Shown: positions 37,296-50,517 of the stretch, one piece after another
Layout of the letters: each line of letters begins with the position of its first letter
How positions within the stretch are numbered: position 1 is the stretch's first letter
Assembly (NCBI RefSeq): GCF_006345805.1
Contig: NC_042997.1
Location: forward strand, 38,378,001 to 38,442,000
Source: Octopus sinensis
Taxonomy: Eukaryota
Direction of reading: 5' to 3'
Length of the DNA: 64,000 nt
Position numbers and translations under genes: made by a program
Notes under the pieces: generated by a model
The model's database searches: none
What the model saw: the letters and a program-made list of their open reading frames with translations, nothing else
Told to the model about the DNA's origin: nothing

Positions 37296-37466
37296 TTTAT
37301 CTTTAAAAGAACAATGTTTTAGAGAAGCGAAAGTCGGCGGGCGCTTTTTGTCTTCTCCCATCCTTATCATCTGTCTTTCATTATCATTCACTTCATTAAT
37401 GTCCTCGTCCAGTCCGCAAAGCTAACTTAATCTGTGTACTGCCTTTATGGCAAATGTTTTGAAATA

Positions 37467-37845
37467 AAGTAGCTTGTCTACCAACCACATGGTTGCGGGT
37501 TCAGTCCCACTGCGTGGCATCATGGGCAAGTGTCTTCTACTATAGCCTCGGGCCGACCAAAGCCTTGTGAGTGGATTTGGTAGACGGAAACTGAAAGAAG
37601 CCCGTCGTATATCCACTGTTTGATATATGGTGTGTGTGTATTTGTGTGTCTGTGTTTGTCCCCTAGCATTGCTTGACAACCGATGCTGGTGTGTTTATGT
37701 CCCCGTTACTTAGCGGTTCGGCAAAAGAGACCGATAGAATAAGTACTGGGCTACAAAAGAATAAGTCTCGGGGTCGAGTTGCTCGACTAAAGGCGGTGCT
37801 CCAGCATGGCCGCAGTCAAATGACTGAAACAGGTAAAAGAATAAA
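37467..37845 (+). mobile_element. Remainder of the split SINE family A
   Basis: Colinear with ~178-570. Confidence 0.9.
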
Positions 37846-38060
37846 AGAATACAAGAATAAAACATCAATGCTTCATATTGAAAATTATCAACAAAATTAC
37901 GTTTAGAGGTAAATCGTTCAGCCAAAGAATGAACGGAATCTCAGTTGTCACATGATCTACGTGCAGGCTGTTCGTAACCGACGAAGTGCCTGTTTCTTTG
38001 TCTTTTGCTTTTTCATTCACACTGGCACACAATTACACAGCTTCATACACATGTTCATAT

Positions 38061-38485
38061 TGTAGGAAATACGACCGTATGTGGAGGTTGGTGACGTAGG
38101 TAAGTCACACGGTCGCATTCCTAACGAAATAAGCTAAGCCATAAATACAATTTATACAATGCAGTGCCAACACAATATAGATGAATTGACGACAAACCGT
38201 TCGACTGTTTGAGAGAAGAGAAGATTTTATTTACAATGGTGTTAATGTTAAAAGGTTGTGAGTACTAGCAAGTGCGTGTTCGTGTGGTGACAGATACAAT
38301 AAGGGTGAAAGCGTGTGACATAGTAGGTACAGAGCCTAGATTTAATGATGGAAATTGGTTTACAGTTCATAAGGTACACGATATGTAAGAGTTCAATATC
38401 AAGATGTTTGTAATCTCAATCGAGATCATTCTTAATATTTTTCTCAAACAGTGAAGATAGCAATGAAGAAAACAATATTGCTACA
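38061..38485 (-). mobile_element. Solo LTR (Gypsy-like, 4 bp TSD)
   Basis: TGTAGGAAATA...TATTGCTACA termini, ATAT TSD; empty site matches the adjacent repeat CTTCATACACGTGTTCATATCTATGACACA; AATAAA on the minus strand at ~38226. Confidence 0.75.
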
Positions 38486-38664
38486 ATATCTATGACACAC
38501 AACTTCATACACGTGTTCATATCTATGACACACATCTGTGATACACCTATCTACGACACACAAACACACAGACATATCTACCCCAAATTCCAACATTTGA
38601 CAATATATTCTTTCATTCTTTTATTTGTTTCAGTCAATTGACTATGGCCATACTGGAACATCGC

Positions 38665-38790
38665 CTATATGTGTGCGTGCGTGTGTGTGCGTGTGCGTGC
38701 GTGCGTGTGTGTGTGTGTGTGCGTGTGTGTGTGTGTGTGTGTGTGCGTGTGTGTGTGTGTGTCTGTGTGTGTGTCTGTGTGTGTGTGTCT
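38665..38790. repeat. (TG/CG)n microsatellite
   Basis: Direct inspection. Confidence 0.9.
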
Positions 38791-39247
38791 TAGCTTGCCG
38801 CTAAATAGCTTTTCAACATAGATTTGCTTCATCAAGATTGGCAGATTGGCATGTAAACTAAAATACAACATATCTACAGCCTTAAGTTGCCTTTTACAAT
38901 ATTCTTCCATTATGCAAGAACATTTTTGTCGACAGCTACTGATTTCTTTTATAGATACGTAATTGGAGAAGAAAGGTGGATTTTGCAATGTTGTATAGTT
39001 TTATGAAGAACAAGCTTTTCAGGTCACTGACTTCAAATGCAGGCCGAAAAAATTATATCAACTCTGCAGAGGAGAATTATTGTTGGTTTGATAGAAATTA
39101 AAGTGTACTTTAAATTTAATTGATAAATACTAATTCCCTTGGCACAAGAGAAAGAAATATTTGGCCTGGCACGTATAAGCATTTAAGTACCAGAATGATG
39201 TATTACTAAGTCCAGACTCTGATGATACTATAAATTTATGTTTGACA

Positions 39248-39257
39248 AATATTATAT

Positions 39258-39300
<43 letters not shown>

Positions 39301-39384
39301 TGTATGTATTTATATGCATGTATCTATGTATCTATGTATGTACGTACGTATGTATGTACGTACGTATGTATGTATGTATGTATG

Positions 39385-39415
<31 letters not shown>

Positions 39416-39490
39416 GTATGTATGTATGTATGTATGTATGTATGTGTATGTATGTATTCATGCATGTATGTATGTATGTATGTATGTATA
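39248..39490. repeat. (TA)n-(TATG)n microsatellite
   Basis: Direct inspection. Confidence 0.9.
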
Positions 39491-39958
39491 ATGGTAAAGT
39501 TGATTGCTACTTAAAAGTCACGTAGCAGCGTAAAGGTCATCCGTAACTACGTTGCGTTATATGGTTCAATAAAGTTTATTGCTTTCTTTTAAGAAAAGTT
39601 AGGCAATTGTTGCAATTCGAGTCCAATAACCGAAACTGTCTGCCATGTGCAATGAATGACTGCAGTGAATCTATAGGATGTTATAAAAATATTTACTAAC
39701 ATCACTATGATTTAAGGACCAACTTATTACCCTGTGTTAGATAACTAAATTTTAATTCTTATCCACTCTAATATTGCATTAGGTGAATAAAATTACAATT
39801 TTCTTAATTTAAATTAACTAGAAGCTGAATAATTTCATTCAATGAAATAATGTTCATGGGAATTCACCAATAATTTTCTAAAGTTTGTTTGGAGCAATAA
39901 TTTCATATGCGTTCAAGTTGTCTTGATAATTAGCATTTAAGATTTGTCTTTATTTATA

Positions 39959-40158
39959 CGAAGGGGTGCCGAAAAGTTCCTGGCTTTGGGTTAAAGAAAA
40001 TACAGGAGGATCAGTTAATTATGATTTTATTCAACATATTCTTCAGATACACACACTTACTGCAACGGTCCTTCAGTTTTTCTAAGCATTGTAAAAGAAG
40101 GTTGGGCTTGTAACCAGGCCTTTCGCGTTACTCTTAAAGCCAGCAACTTTTCAGCAAC
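39959..40158. mobile_element. Mariner-type MITE
   Basis: TA|CGAAGGGGTGCCGAAAAGTTCCTGGCTTT and inverted AAAGCCAGCAACTTTTCAGCAAC; right end truncated by a SINE B tail. Confidence 0.75.
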
Positions 40159-40230
40159 GTTAATTTCACGAGCTTTCTTTTCCGTTGGTCGAATCAAATG
40201 GAACCCCCATCGTCGTAACCGACGGAGTGC
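40159..40230 (+). mobile_element. 3' tail fragment of SINE family B
   Basis: GTTAATTTCACGAGC..TCGTCGTAACCGACGGAGTGCC. Confidence 0.75.
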
Positions 40231-40787
40231 CAGATTTTCTTCATACACAGAGACAAGCGATCACACAGCCATATACACGTGTTCACAGAAACCCAGTTAT
40301 CTATACACACCCCCCCCCCCACATGCATACATGCTCTCGCTAACGGACGTCAGCATACCTCCATACTTACATTTATGTATACACATACGTACACTTTACC
40401 AACATAAACACCCACACCTTTCCTCCTCATGCCCGCTTTCCGACACCAAAACACTCTCATCTGTCTCTTCCTCTCTTCCTGAATATCTCCTCTAGAACAA
40501 CAATCGACCTGGCTTCTAATTCTTCACATTCCTCCTGCGTCCTCCTCTTTATCCTTTAACTTTTCATTTGTTTAAGTTTTAAAAAGCTTGCACTATAAAT
40601 TTTTACATATTCACTGTTTCTCTCTACGCTACTCTTCTCGGCTTCTCTTTTCCTTTCTAAAGAATATGTAATGTCCGTAAGTTTATATGCTCAAAACTCA
40701 TTTCAGATTCGCCAAACTTTGCTCTTTTGCGCTGTTCAATTTAATGTATGTTGATTCATATATAGATGCAAGCACGCACGCACAACG

Positions 40788-40818
<31 letters not shown>

Positions 40819-41496
40819 ACACACACACACACACACACACCACACACACACACACACGTGTATACAGGTATATTTATATATATATCCGTACATGTATCAA
40901 TGTATGTGTTTTATATGTATAATCATACAATCAAATATTAACTGAATCCGGCACTCAGTAAGTTGAATATAAAATACATTTTTACAAGTTAAAGATTGAC
41001 AGTGACTTTACGATTTTACAGAGGATAGACTTCGTCAGTCTGTAATCTCCGTAGCTGTAGAAACTACTTAAATACCTGGGTTCGTATTGTAGGGAGAATA
41101 TAATATATAGTTTATAAAGTAGTAGAATTTAAAGTTGCTGAATAGAGAAGTAGAAATTATTCTTAATGGAATTTAAAGTGTTGGAGTGGATGAAAAAAAA
41201 AAAAAAAGAAAAGCTGAAGACAGAAGCGAAAACAAGATGAAGAAGAGGGAAAGGGAGAAAAGAGTGTTAGGATTCAGGTGGGGCTTCAATGTTGCATCTA
41301 TTGAAAACAGAATTCTAAAGAAATTTTCTGAAAAGGAAAATTGAATGGCATCAGTTTTTGAGCTAGCCGAAATTAGTCATGCGTGGATCTAAACAAAGGG
41401 TTTAGGAATTGAATATATTTAAGTGATATGTGGTGATATATACAAACGTGAGCACAATGAATGTAGTAATGCAAGTTTTGCATAGAATTATTCTCC

Positions 41497-41535
<39 letters not shown>

Positions 41536-41595
41536 TTACTTGGAAAAGGATGCGTGTAGTTCGATCATATACATATATATATACACACACACATT

Positions 41596-41650
<55 letters not shown>

Positions 41651-41749
41651 GTGTGGTGCGTGCACGTGCGTGGGTACTCTTACACACACGATTCACATAT
41701 AACTATGACCTTATATTTAACACATTCGTATTCACACAAACGTTGAAAG

Positions 41750-42560
41750 ACTCTGGCCGTGGTGACTGTCTCGGGTTATTTCGTCGGAATGTAAGGCATG
41801 TCCTTATGCGTGATTATATTTCATCTGCTACAGACTGGATCAGGGGCGTTTTATCTGGAATTTGTTGGAAATATTCGTCCAGAACCCGTTTGAATGTTAG
41901 ATATTTTTCTTCTCTTACGTGTGTTTGTATGATGTTAAAGAGCGCAGGGCCAGTTTAGGTGAAATAGTTCTGTTTTTAGTATTGTGAAGTGACGCGTACC
42001 TGAGTTTTGTAGAGGACAGATGGCACGGGAACGAAGCCTTGGGTGAATTTTAAAGTTGATGCCAACATCGCTTAGACAGGATGTTGGAATATAATTGATA
42101 TAGCATTCACAGAGGCTTTATAGGGGAAACCGTTTGAGTTTCTTGAGACGACCCAATGTCCTCTATTTTTCGTGTGGCTGATCTCTTCACTGCTTCAATT
42201 TTTATAATATTTTGTTTCATGGAGGGACATCACAGCGGACAACAGTATCCAAGGTGAGGACAGGCAAAAGTAGAAAAGAGAACGATTATGGTAGGAGCGT
42301 CTCTAGACCGAAAAGTTCTGAGTATCCAGAAGCACGCCCTGATACCCATATCGACTTTATTCTTTATATTGGTACTTCATCCTAAGTTACCCATGTTTCC
42401 CAGTGGGGTTTGATACCACGAGGTTTCCGCCCGACGAAAGACTGTATGGTAGCTTAAGTGAAACCTCTTTACCGAAGTTGATTAATTCAAATTTATTCTC
42501 ATTTAGCTGTTTATTGTGTTTTGTTTTTCTGCAAATAGAATAATAGCGAGCAGATAAGAG
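41750..42560 (-). pseudogene. Decayed CR1/L2-group LINE RT C-terminal region
   Basis: Minus-strand pieces QLNENKFELINFGK..YSLSSG; RLKKLK; GINFKIHPRL..RAICP; TGPALFNI..; FKRVLDEYFQQIPDK. Confidence 0.65.
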
Positions 42561-42813
42561 CTTCGTGTGCACTCGAATATAGAAATATCATCGCAGCGGT
42601 AAGTGTCACGGAGGACAAATTCTTCATATAAACTATGTGTGTAAAGACATATCGACCTTGGCAATAAATGACATCCTTGTCTGTAAAGCACGTGTTTCTC
42701 TGTCTGCATGGCAATACTTCTTAACTTACAGACACCGAATCATATATATATATATACATATATATATATAATATTATATATATATAATATATATATATAT
42801 ATATAATATATAA

Positions 42814-42846
<33 letters not shown>

Positions 42847-43122
42847 AATATAATAACTTTTGGTAAAAATAAAAATTAGTCATAATTAAGGTGGGGTTAA
42901 CAATGGGTGTGATATATGTATTAATGTAAATATGGGATTAATCGTAATGATCAAAATAAAAAGAAATTTAGAATGAAAATCATAAAAATTTTAAGTTAAT
43001 ATTAAGGATTAACACAGGGTTATGGGGATAAATAGTGATTATAATTATGCGCTTATAAAAAAGTAGTGTTACTGAAAAATATGCGGATGGCATTATCGAT
43101 ACTAATTGATTAAATGTTAAAA

Positions 43123-43188
<66 letters not shown>

Positions 43189-43828
43189 TATTGAAACATA
43201 TCATTAAGAACCATTATGTTTCCCAACTGTATAGGTTATGTATATCTACAAAAGTAATATTGTGGTGTAATCATATGCAATTCATTTCCAGGGAAATGAA
43301 GGTGGAAAACAAATATATAATTATATAAATTTATAATTATATAAATTTAGATAAAATGTATTAATTTGCATGCAAACATTGGTAAACTTTTTCTGATTTA
43401 TTATTCAAGAGATTGTGCTTAGAGAACAGGATATGATGCGTTTCATCTTGGCAAAGCGAACATGTCTTAGCTGGTGGTTTATAAGGTAGAGCAATATTTA
43501 GAACTTTCCATCTAATTTTATAGGTTTCGAAATGAATTTACTAAGGCCTGTGCTATTACGTTTATTAATAGAAATATTTACCTTCAGATTCAACTGTGTC
43601 TTGGTATACTTGGTTGTTTTGGTGAAGAATTGTATGGTATAATTTTAAAAAGATCTGTTCTGTAAGGCCCCCACATATCTGACCATCGACTTTTCCAACT
43701 ACTGTTTTTTCCAAATGTCCTGAAGAAGATGTCATAACCCCGAAATATAAAAACACAAGGTAAAACTGCAACTTTGTTTCGTTTTATTTCCCAGTTTACT
43801 TTGTACTTACTCGCATTTTCCCGTCTTA

Positions 43829-43881
<53 letters not shown>

Positions 43882-43899
43882 CATACATGTATATAGAGT

Positions 43900-44225
43900 G
43901 AAGACCGTTTTCGGTCATGAATGACCATGGGATTGCACCTAGAAAGTTACCCTCAGAGGCACAAGTCCGAGCAATGTTGTTTATGGAAGCCCAGCAGTCG
44001 CCCATGCATATCAGCCAACCCTTTCCACGCCACTAGTGTTATCGAAGGGGACAGACAATGGCCGTTACAGCTTGGCACCAGTGACGTCGCAACTCATTTC
44101 TACAGCTGAGTGAACAGAGTGACGAGAAATAAAGTGTCTTACTCAAGAACGCAACACACAGCCCGGCCCGGAATCGAACTCACTAACTCATGATTGTGAG
44201 CCCGACGCTCTAACTACTGAGCCAT
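43900..44225 (-). mobile_element. CORE-SINE family D (possibly OR2-like)
   Basis: Reverse complement of 47108-47436. Confidence 0.85.
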
Positions 44226-46589
44226 AGATAGGCGCATTCATGATTTATTTAAATATAAATTGTTAATCTTGCAGTCTAAAAGTTGGTTGTGTGGTTCTCA
44301 TGTGTTTTGTAACAGCGATTGTGGTGTGCCTATTCATTATGAGAATTTTGTTAGTGGCTGTAGTGTGTTTATGCTGCACAGCGTCTATGATTCTTATTGC
44401 CCTGAATGCATTGACAATGGTGATTAATTAGATTGTTTACAGTCACGTTCAGCTTGATCTTTGGTGCCTTTAGAATTAAATGTCCAATTTGGTTTTAATT
44501 ACATTTCCCCTGCTCACTTAATTGCTTTTGCTTCTCTCTTCCAGCTCCCATCCTTTCTTTCGTGATCCTTGCTTTCCCCTCGCTATCAATAAATAGGCAT
44601 GTATGAAGCAGAACCCCTCCAGAAAGACCGCATATTTTCTCCTCCATTTTCTTTTTATTGTATTTACGATTTGACTATCGGTCATTTCACTCTACAGTCA
44701 TCTTTATTCCAACATATATTCTTAGACACAGGTTGCTTTTTTTTGTAATATTTGCAATTCGACTGTTAGTGATGGTAACTAATAATTTACATTTACATGG
44801 GTTACGTGTTTTAATTAATAATCTAGAACGAAATTAAGGTAGGCCTATTTTTGTCATAGTACAGTAGATAAAATACGATAGACAAAAATAGGGGTTTATA
44901 ACAACTTTCATCCATTTACCCTGTGTACAATCAAGTCAATGGAGAAGTCTTTCAAATAGAGAATTGCTTCTCTAATTCGTAGGTTTCAACCTCTTTCGTA
45001 GCATGCTGAATCGTAGAAACACAACTTGGAAACTTTGATTACATATAATATATCTAATGCAAGTCAGCTAAGAAAAAATTTTTTTCCTTTCCCGTAAGAT
45101 TTTAATTCAGTTTAGACTTTTGTCATTTATGTCACAATCTTTTATTGACTCGCTGTTTCCAGAGAAGTACACAACCGTTTAGTGTATTCTGTTATATGGT
45201 ATATAAACAGTGATTAAATATCTGCAAAACTCCCTAGTTTCTTCTGGCCTGCACTCTAGTACGCCTTCCTTTCAATTATCCATCTAGGAAACACTGTAGC
45301 AATCATCCAAATTGGATGCAGCTATGGATCATCTATTTTATTTTACAAATTGCTATTTGTTCTTTGTTCGCATCTTTCGACTTGGTTTCACAAGCGTCAG
45401 CCAATCTTATAATGAGCATTTTGTTTCTAAATCCAGTTTATAAATCCTCTTTGTGCCATCCTTATTAAGTCCAAAGTTGGCCAAATAGGATGTTGTGGTT
45501 CTAGCTACAAGCGTACGACATCCCACTTATACTGAAAGCATAGCATACTTCCACTTCTATTTTCATATCACACACTACTATCTACGTCGTTCAAATTTGA
45601 AAACCTCATGCCATGTGCCTCCTCCATATTGCCTTTTCAATATACTGTCACCTCAAAAATTATAACGTTTTTATCAAGCCAGATCTTGTCATCTAATCAG
45701 AGTGTTGTTTCATTTTTAGCATGAGGCTTGAAAATGCAAGTGCTTCCGTCATCTTTCTTACCATACCATTGAAAATTCTATCTCAGACTCCTTTTGTTTA
45801 TATTTTGCGTTGTCCCTTTCTTACTTCTCCCTGTAAAATAAAAACAACAACAGGATAAAAATTGACGTTGATTTTCTTTGTAATATATGACCATTTTGTA
45901 GATATACTGAAAAAAATGTTCTCATGCAATAGGAGTAACGTGAGAACCCAGTAAAATGGGAAAGAATGATTTAGAACTACATATAAGATGTTATTGAATA
46001 CAGCTAATATGAAGAGAGGCTTGAAAATAAATTCAAGTCAGATATTGAAATATGTACAATGCATTCTATTTCCGGACATAATGTGTTTCAAGTAATCAAA
46101 TGTCAAAGATAAAGATGCTCGCACGAACACTTCGTCCGTAGGACTGCAAAAAGAATCCGATATGTTGGTGTTTGTATACACCATAGTACAGAAACGTATG
46201 ATATATGAAAAAAAGGGGGGAAACTCAAGAGCACAAATACGAAAATGAACTTCCAGAAATGATGTGTTATAGAAATTATGTGAATAATATGATACTTGTA
46301 CAGAAAATATTTTTTTCTGTAAAGCGAGTAGTAAAAGGAAAAGTAGAATAAATGTGAAAAGAATCAAATGTAAGTGATAAATATGTAATATCATATAAGC
46401 ACAGATAATACAGAGGTAAGCTTGGAAATATAATAAAGTTACATATTGAAAGAGATATGTCGCGACTCACACTGATTCAGCTTTGACTAAAAAAGTATTC
46501 AACGTTATCTGACTGTATACAGTAATTATTTTCGATTAATTGCATTTCATACCTATGTGATACAACCGTCTGTTATGTGCGTATATGTT

Positions 46590-46910
<321 letters not shown>

Positions 46911-47061
46911 GTATGTAGAAAATACAACATGGACAGACGTATAACTCATAGAAGACGATACAATAAACATGACAGGACATTCGAACCCTCAGTCTTCAGT
47001 CAAGAACCGGATCATCGTATAATTTCGGCTGATTAATCTTGATATATATACACATCTATAT

Positions 47062-47095
<34 letters not shown>

Positions 47096-47107
47096 GTATA
47101 TATATAG

Positions 47108-47436
47108 CATGGCTCAGTGGTTAGATCGTCGAACTTACGATTGTGAGGTTGTGAGTTCAAATCCCGGACCGGGCTGCGTGTTGTGTTCTTGAGCAAGGCA
47201 CTTTATTTCACGTTGCTCCAGTTCACTCAGCTGTAGGAATGAGTTGCGACGTCACTGGTGCCAAGCTGTATCGACCTTTGTCTTTCCCTTGGATGACATC
47301 GGTGGCGTGGAGAGGGGAGGCCGGTATGCATGGGCAACTACTGGTCTTCCATAAGCAACCTTGCCCACAGTTGTGCCTCGGAGGGTAACTTTCTAGGTGC
47401 AATCCATGGCCACTCTTGACCGAAGGGGGTCTCCGA
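47108..47436 (+). mobile_element. CORE-SINE family D
   Basis: A-box TGGCTCAGTGGTTAG, B-box GAGTTCAAATCCC, CORE-like TTCTTGAGCAAGGCACTTTA. Confidence 0.85.
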
Positions 47437-48198
47437 TATATATATATATATATATATATACAGACATACAATATATGCATTAATACAAACATACACATGC
47501 AAAAACGTAATTTGTATAGACGACAAATCCTAGAAGTTACTTCAGTCCTGAACCGTAACACCCTTCTGTTGGTGGGTGAGTAGACACTCGAAATCACTGC
47601 GCATCATCTCCTGGTTTTATCTTAAAACTTGCCTTTCTCCATAACTAGGAAGAGGTTTTTTTCTACCGCCCCTCTCATCCTGTAGACAGCTATCTTTCAC
47701 TCTTTATGCTAGTGGGTGTAAGTTTTCTCCATACGGATACGAAGTGTCGTAACTAAAATCAGTGCTGGCAATAATTTCTACAGAATGTCTGTAGAGATTA
47801 CCTTAACAAGTGATGTAAATTGCACTGCTAACACAGTAGAAGACGGTACTGATTTGTAAAAACGCTTAATGTACTTTTTAGTATAGCATATTTGCATAAC
47901 GGACTATTGCGTCCCTGCAACTCAATATTTACTTACCAGCTTCCAGGAGTGTGCTTAATGTGTAAAATTGGTATTTCCAATAATGTTGCATCGCTGTATT
48001 TAGTGGCTGTTTGAACAATGTGTTCGTGGATGCTTAAGGCGTTACATGGGTGCTGATGAATAAGCAAAATCTCCCGAAATATGGCATATGCTCTCATTAC
48101 TCCCTTTTTTTCATCTTTGATCTCATTGTTTGTTTACATCTGATGTCTCGGATACGAAGCATTATAACAAAAATCAGTGCTGGCTATAATTTCGATCT

Positions 48199-48592
48199 GT
48201 GTGGTAAGTAGCTTGCTAACCAACCACATGGTTCCGGGTTCAGTCCCACTGCGTGGCATCTTGGGTAAATGTCTTCTGCTATAGCTCCGGGCCGACCAAT
48301 GCCTTGTGAGTGGATTTGGTAGACGGAAACTGAAAGAAGCCTGTCGTATATATGTATATATATATATATTTATATATATATGTATGTGTGTGTGTTTGTG
48401 TGTCTGTGTTTGTCCCCCTAGCATTGCTTGACAACCGATGCTGGTGTGTTTAGCGGTTCGGTAAAAAGAGACCGATAGAATAAGTACTAGGCTTACAAAG
48501 AATAAGTCCCGGGGTCGATTTGCTCGGCTAAAGGCGGTGCTCCAGCATGGCCGCAGTCAAATGACTGAAACAAATAAAAGAGAAAGAGAGAG
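48199..48592 (+). mobile_element. SINE family A, slightly 5'-truncated
   Basis: Colinear with 154-570, with a small internal deletion. Confidence 0.9.
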
Positions 48593-48772
48593 AGGTTAAA
48601 CTTAATAAATCTCCATACGAACTGGGAAGAGAATCCCTTACAGCCAACCACGACGGAAATAGTCATCAATGTTGTCCTTTATCTCTGCAGCATGCTTTAA
48701 CACTTGACACATTTCTATTCAAAGGCTTGATTGTACTCTACTTCCCACGTGACTTTAGGCTTAATCACGATT

Positions 48773-49159
48773 GGAGGCGCAATGGCCCAGTGGTTAGGGC
48801 AGCGGACTCGCGGTCGTAGGATGGCGGTTTCGATTCCCAGACAGGGCGTTGTGAGTGTTTATTGAGCGAAAAACACCTAAAAGCTCCACGAGGCTCCGGC
48901 AGGGGGTGGTGGTGATACCTGCTGTACTCTTTCACCACAACTTTCTCTCACTCTTACTTCCTGTTTCTGTTGTACCTGTATTTCAAAGGGCCGGCCTTGT
49001 CACTCTCTGTGTCACGCTGAATCTCCCCGAGAACTACGTTAAGGGTACACGTGTCTGTGGAGTGCTCAGCCACTTACACGTTAATTTCACGAGCAGGCTG
49101 TTCCGTTGATCGGATCAACCGGAACCCTCGTCGTCGTAACCAACGGAGTGCTTCCATCC
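48773..49159 (+). mobile_element. SINE family B, full length
   Basis: 10 bp TSD AATCACGATT at 48763-72 and 49160-69. Confidence 0.9.
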
Positions 49160-49582
49160 AATCACGATTATTTTAGTTGTCTTTTCAGGCCCCAGCGTTG
49201 TGGGGAAATGTAATCTTTCCCTCGGAACTACTTTTTATATTCCATGATTGGACCATGGGTAGTAGATGTCTTGTTATTTTTACTGTCCTCAGTGGCTTTT
49301 CCTTTTCACTTACGAGCTTGGTAACTGGTATTATTTGCTACTGCTGTCGGTGTTTCTGCGTCTTGCTTGTTCAAGGATGTGGGCAAGTGTTACCACGGAT
49401 CAAATGACACGTTTTTTCTTTTGGTGAACTGGCATTGTAACTTGATCATACAACCGTCTATGTACAGATTACCGCATTGCGTACTGGCATATGCCAGTGA
49501 AACACGTGTAATGATTATGTAATTTATGATGTTGTAATAGATATTCTAACAGAATCTCCTATTTATTAAAATGTTGCAACGC

Positions 49583-49630
<48 letters not shown>

Positions 49631-49903
49631 GGTTAGGGCAGCGGACTCGCGTCGTAGACCGCGGTTTCGATTCCCATACCTGGCGTTGTGAGGTTTTATT
49701 GAGCGAAAACACCTAAAAGCTCCACGAGGCTCCGGCAGGGGTGGTGATCCCTGCTGTACTCTTTCACCACTTTTTCTCTCACTCTTTCGTCTGTTGGCCT
49801 GCTTGCTTAGCCAGCGGGGTGGCGTCATTCGAAGGCTAAAGCAATGCGAACGCATTGTGACCAGCGATGTGTAGCAACATCTGATGGTCTGGTTGGTCAC
49901 GTG

Positions 49904-49904
<1 letters not shown>
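49631..49904 (+). mobile_element. SINE family B head/body with an alternative 3' tail
   Basis: Matches family B up to CTCTCACTCTT (~49786), then an unrelated ~118 bp tail. Confidence 0.8.
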
Positions 49905-49934
<30 letters not shown>

Positions 49935-50059
49935 ATATATATATACACTCTAATCAAGTATAATATTTTAAGGGAGGGTTCGTCATAAATATGAGTGGCA
50001 TTTATTCTAACCAAGTGTCTGCAGCACACAAAACTATACGTGATTCAGGTTGAGAGAGC

Positions 50060-50476
50060 ACCTATTTGTGCATGTATGTGTGCATGTACGCGTGTGTGTG
50101 CGTGTGTGTGTGTGTGTGTACGTGCGTGTGTGTACGTGCGTGTGCGTGCATACGTGCGTGCGTGCGTGCGTGCGTGCGTAAGCGCAGCTGTGCACCTGGC
50201 ACATAAATCTGAGGAGATCAATTCCTTCGATTTTTACTGTGGAAGACATACAAAAATTAATGTTCAATATCACCAGAATTAAATAATTTACGTATGAAAG
50301 TTAGACTGTATACACTCGCGCACACACACGCACACACACGTGTACACACACACACATACACACACACACACACACAAGCACACACACACACACACATACA
50401 CACACAAACACACACACACACACATACACACACACACACGCTCGCATATACACATACACACACACACACACACACA

Positions 50477-50517
<41 letters not shown>

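Larger units (their letters stand above)
35458..37466 (+). mobile_element. ORF1(gag)-only non-LTR retroelement (HAL1-like; L1/Tx1-type ORF1)
   Basis: Flanked by ~17 bp imperfect TSD AAGTAGCTT(G)[CT/TC]TACCA at 35442-57 and 37467-83; one gag-like ORF; ends in AATAAA; no RT sequence inside. Confidence 0.8.

Noticed and set aside
41020-41050. CTGACGA hammerhead-like start on the minus strand; similar degenerate motifs at ~43709 (+), ~46995 (-) and ~56586 (+)
   Set aside because: Stem II, GAAA or stem I is broken; at best these are decayed relics
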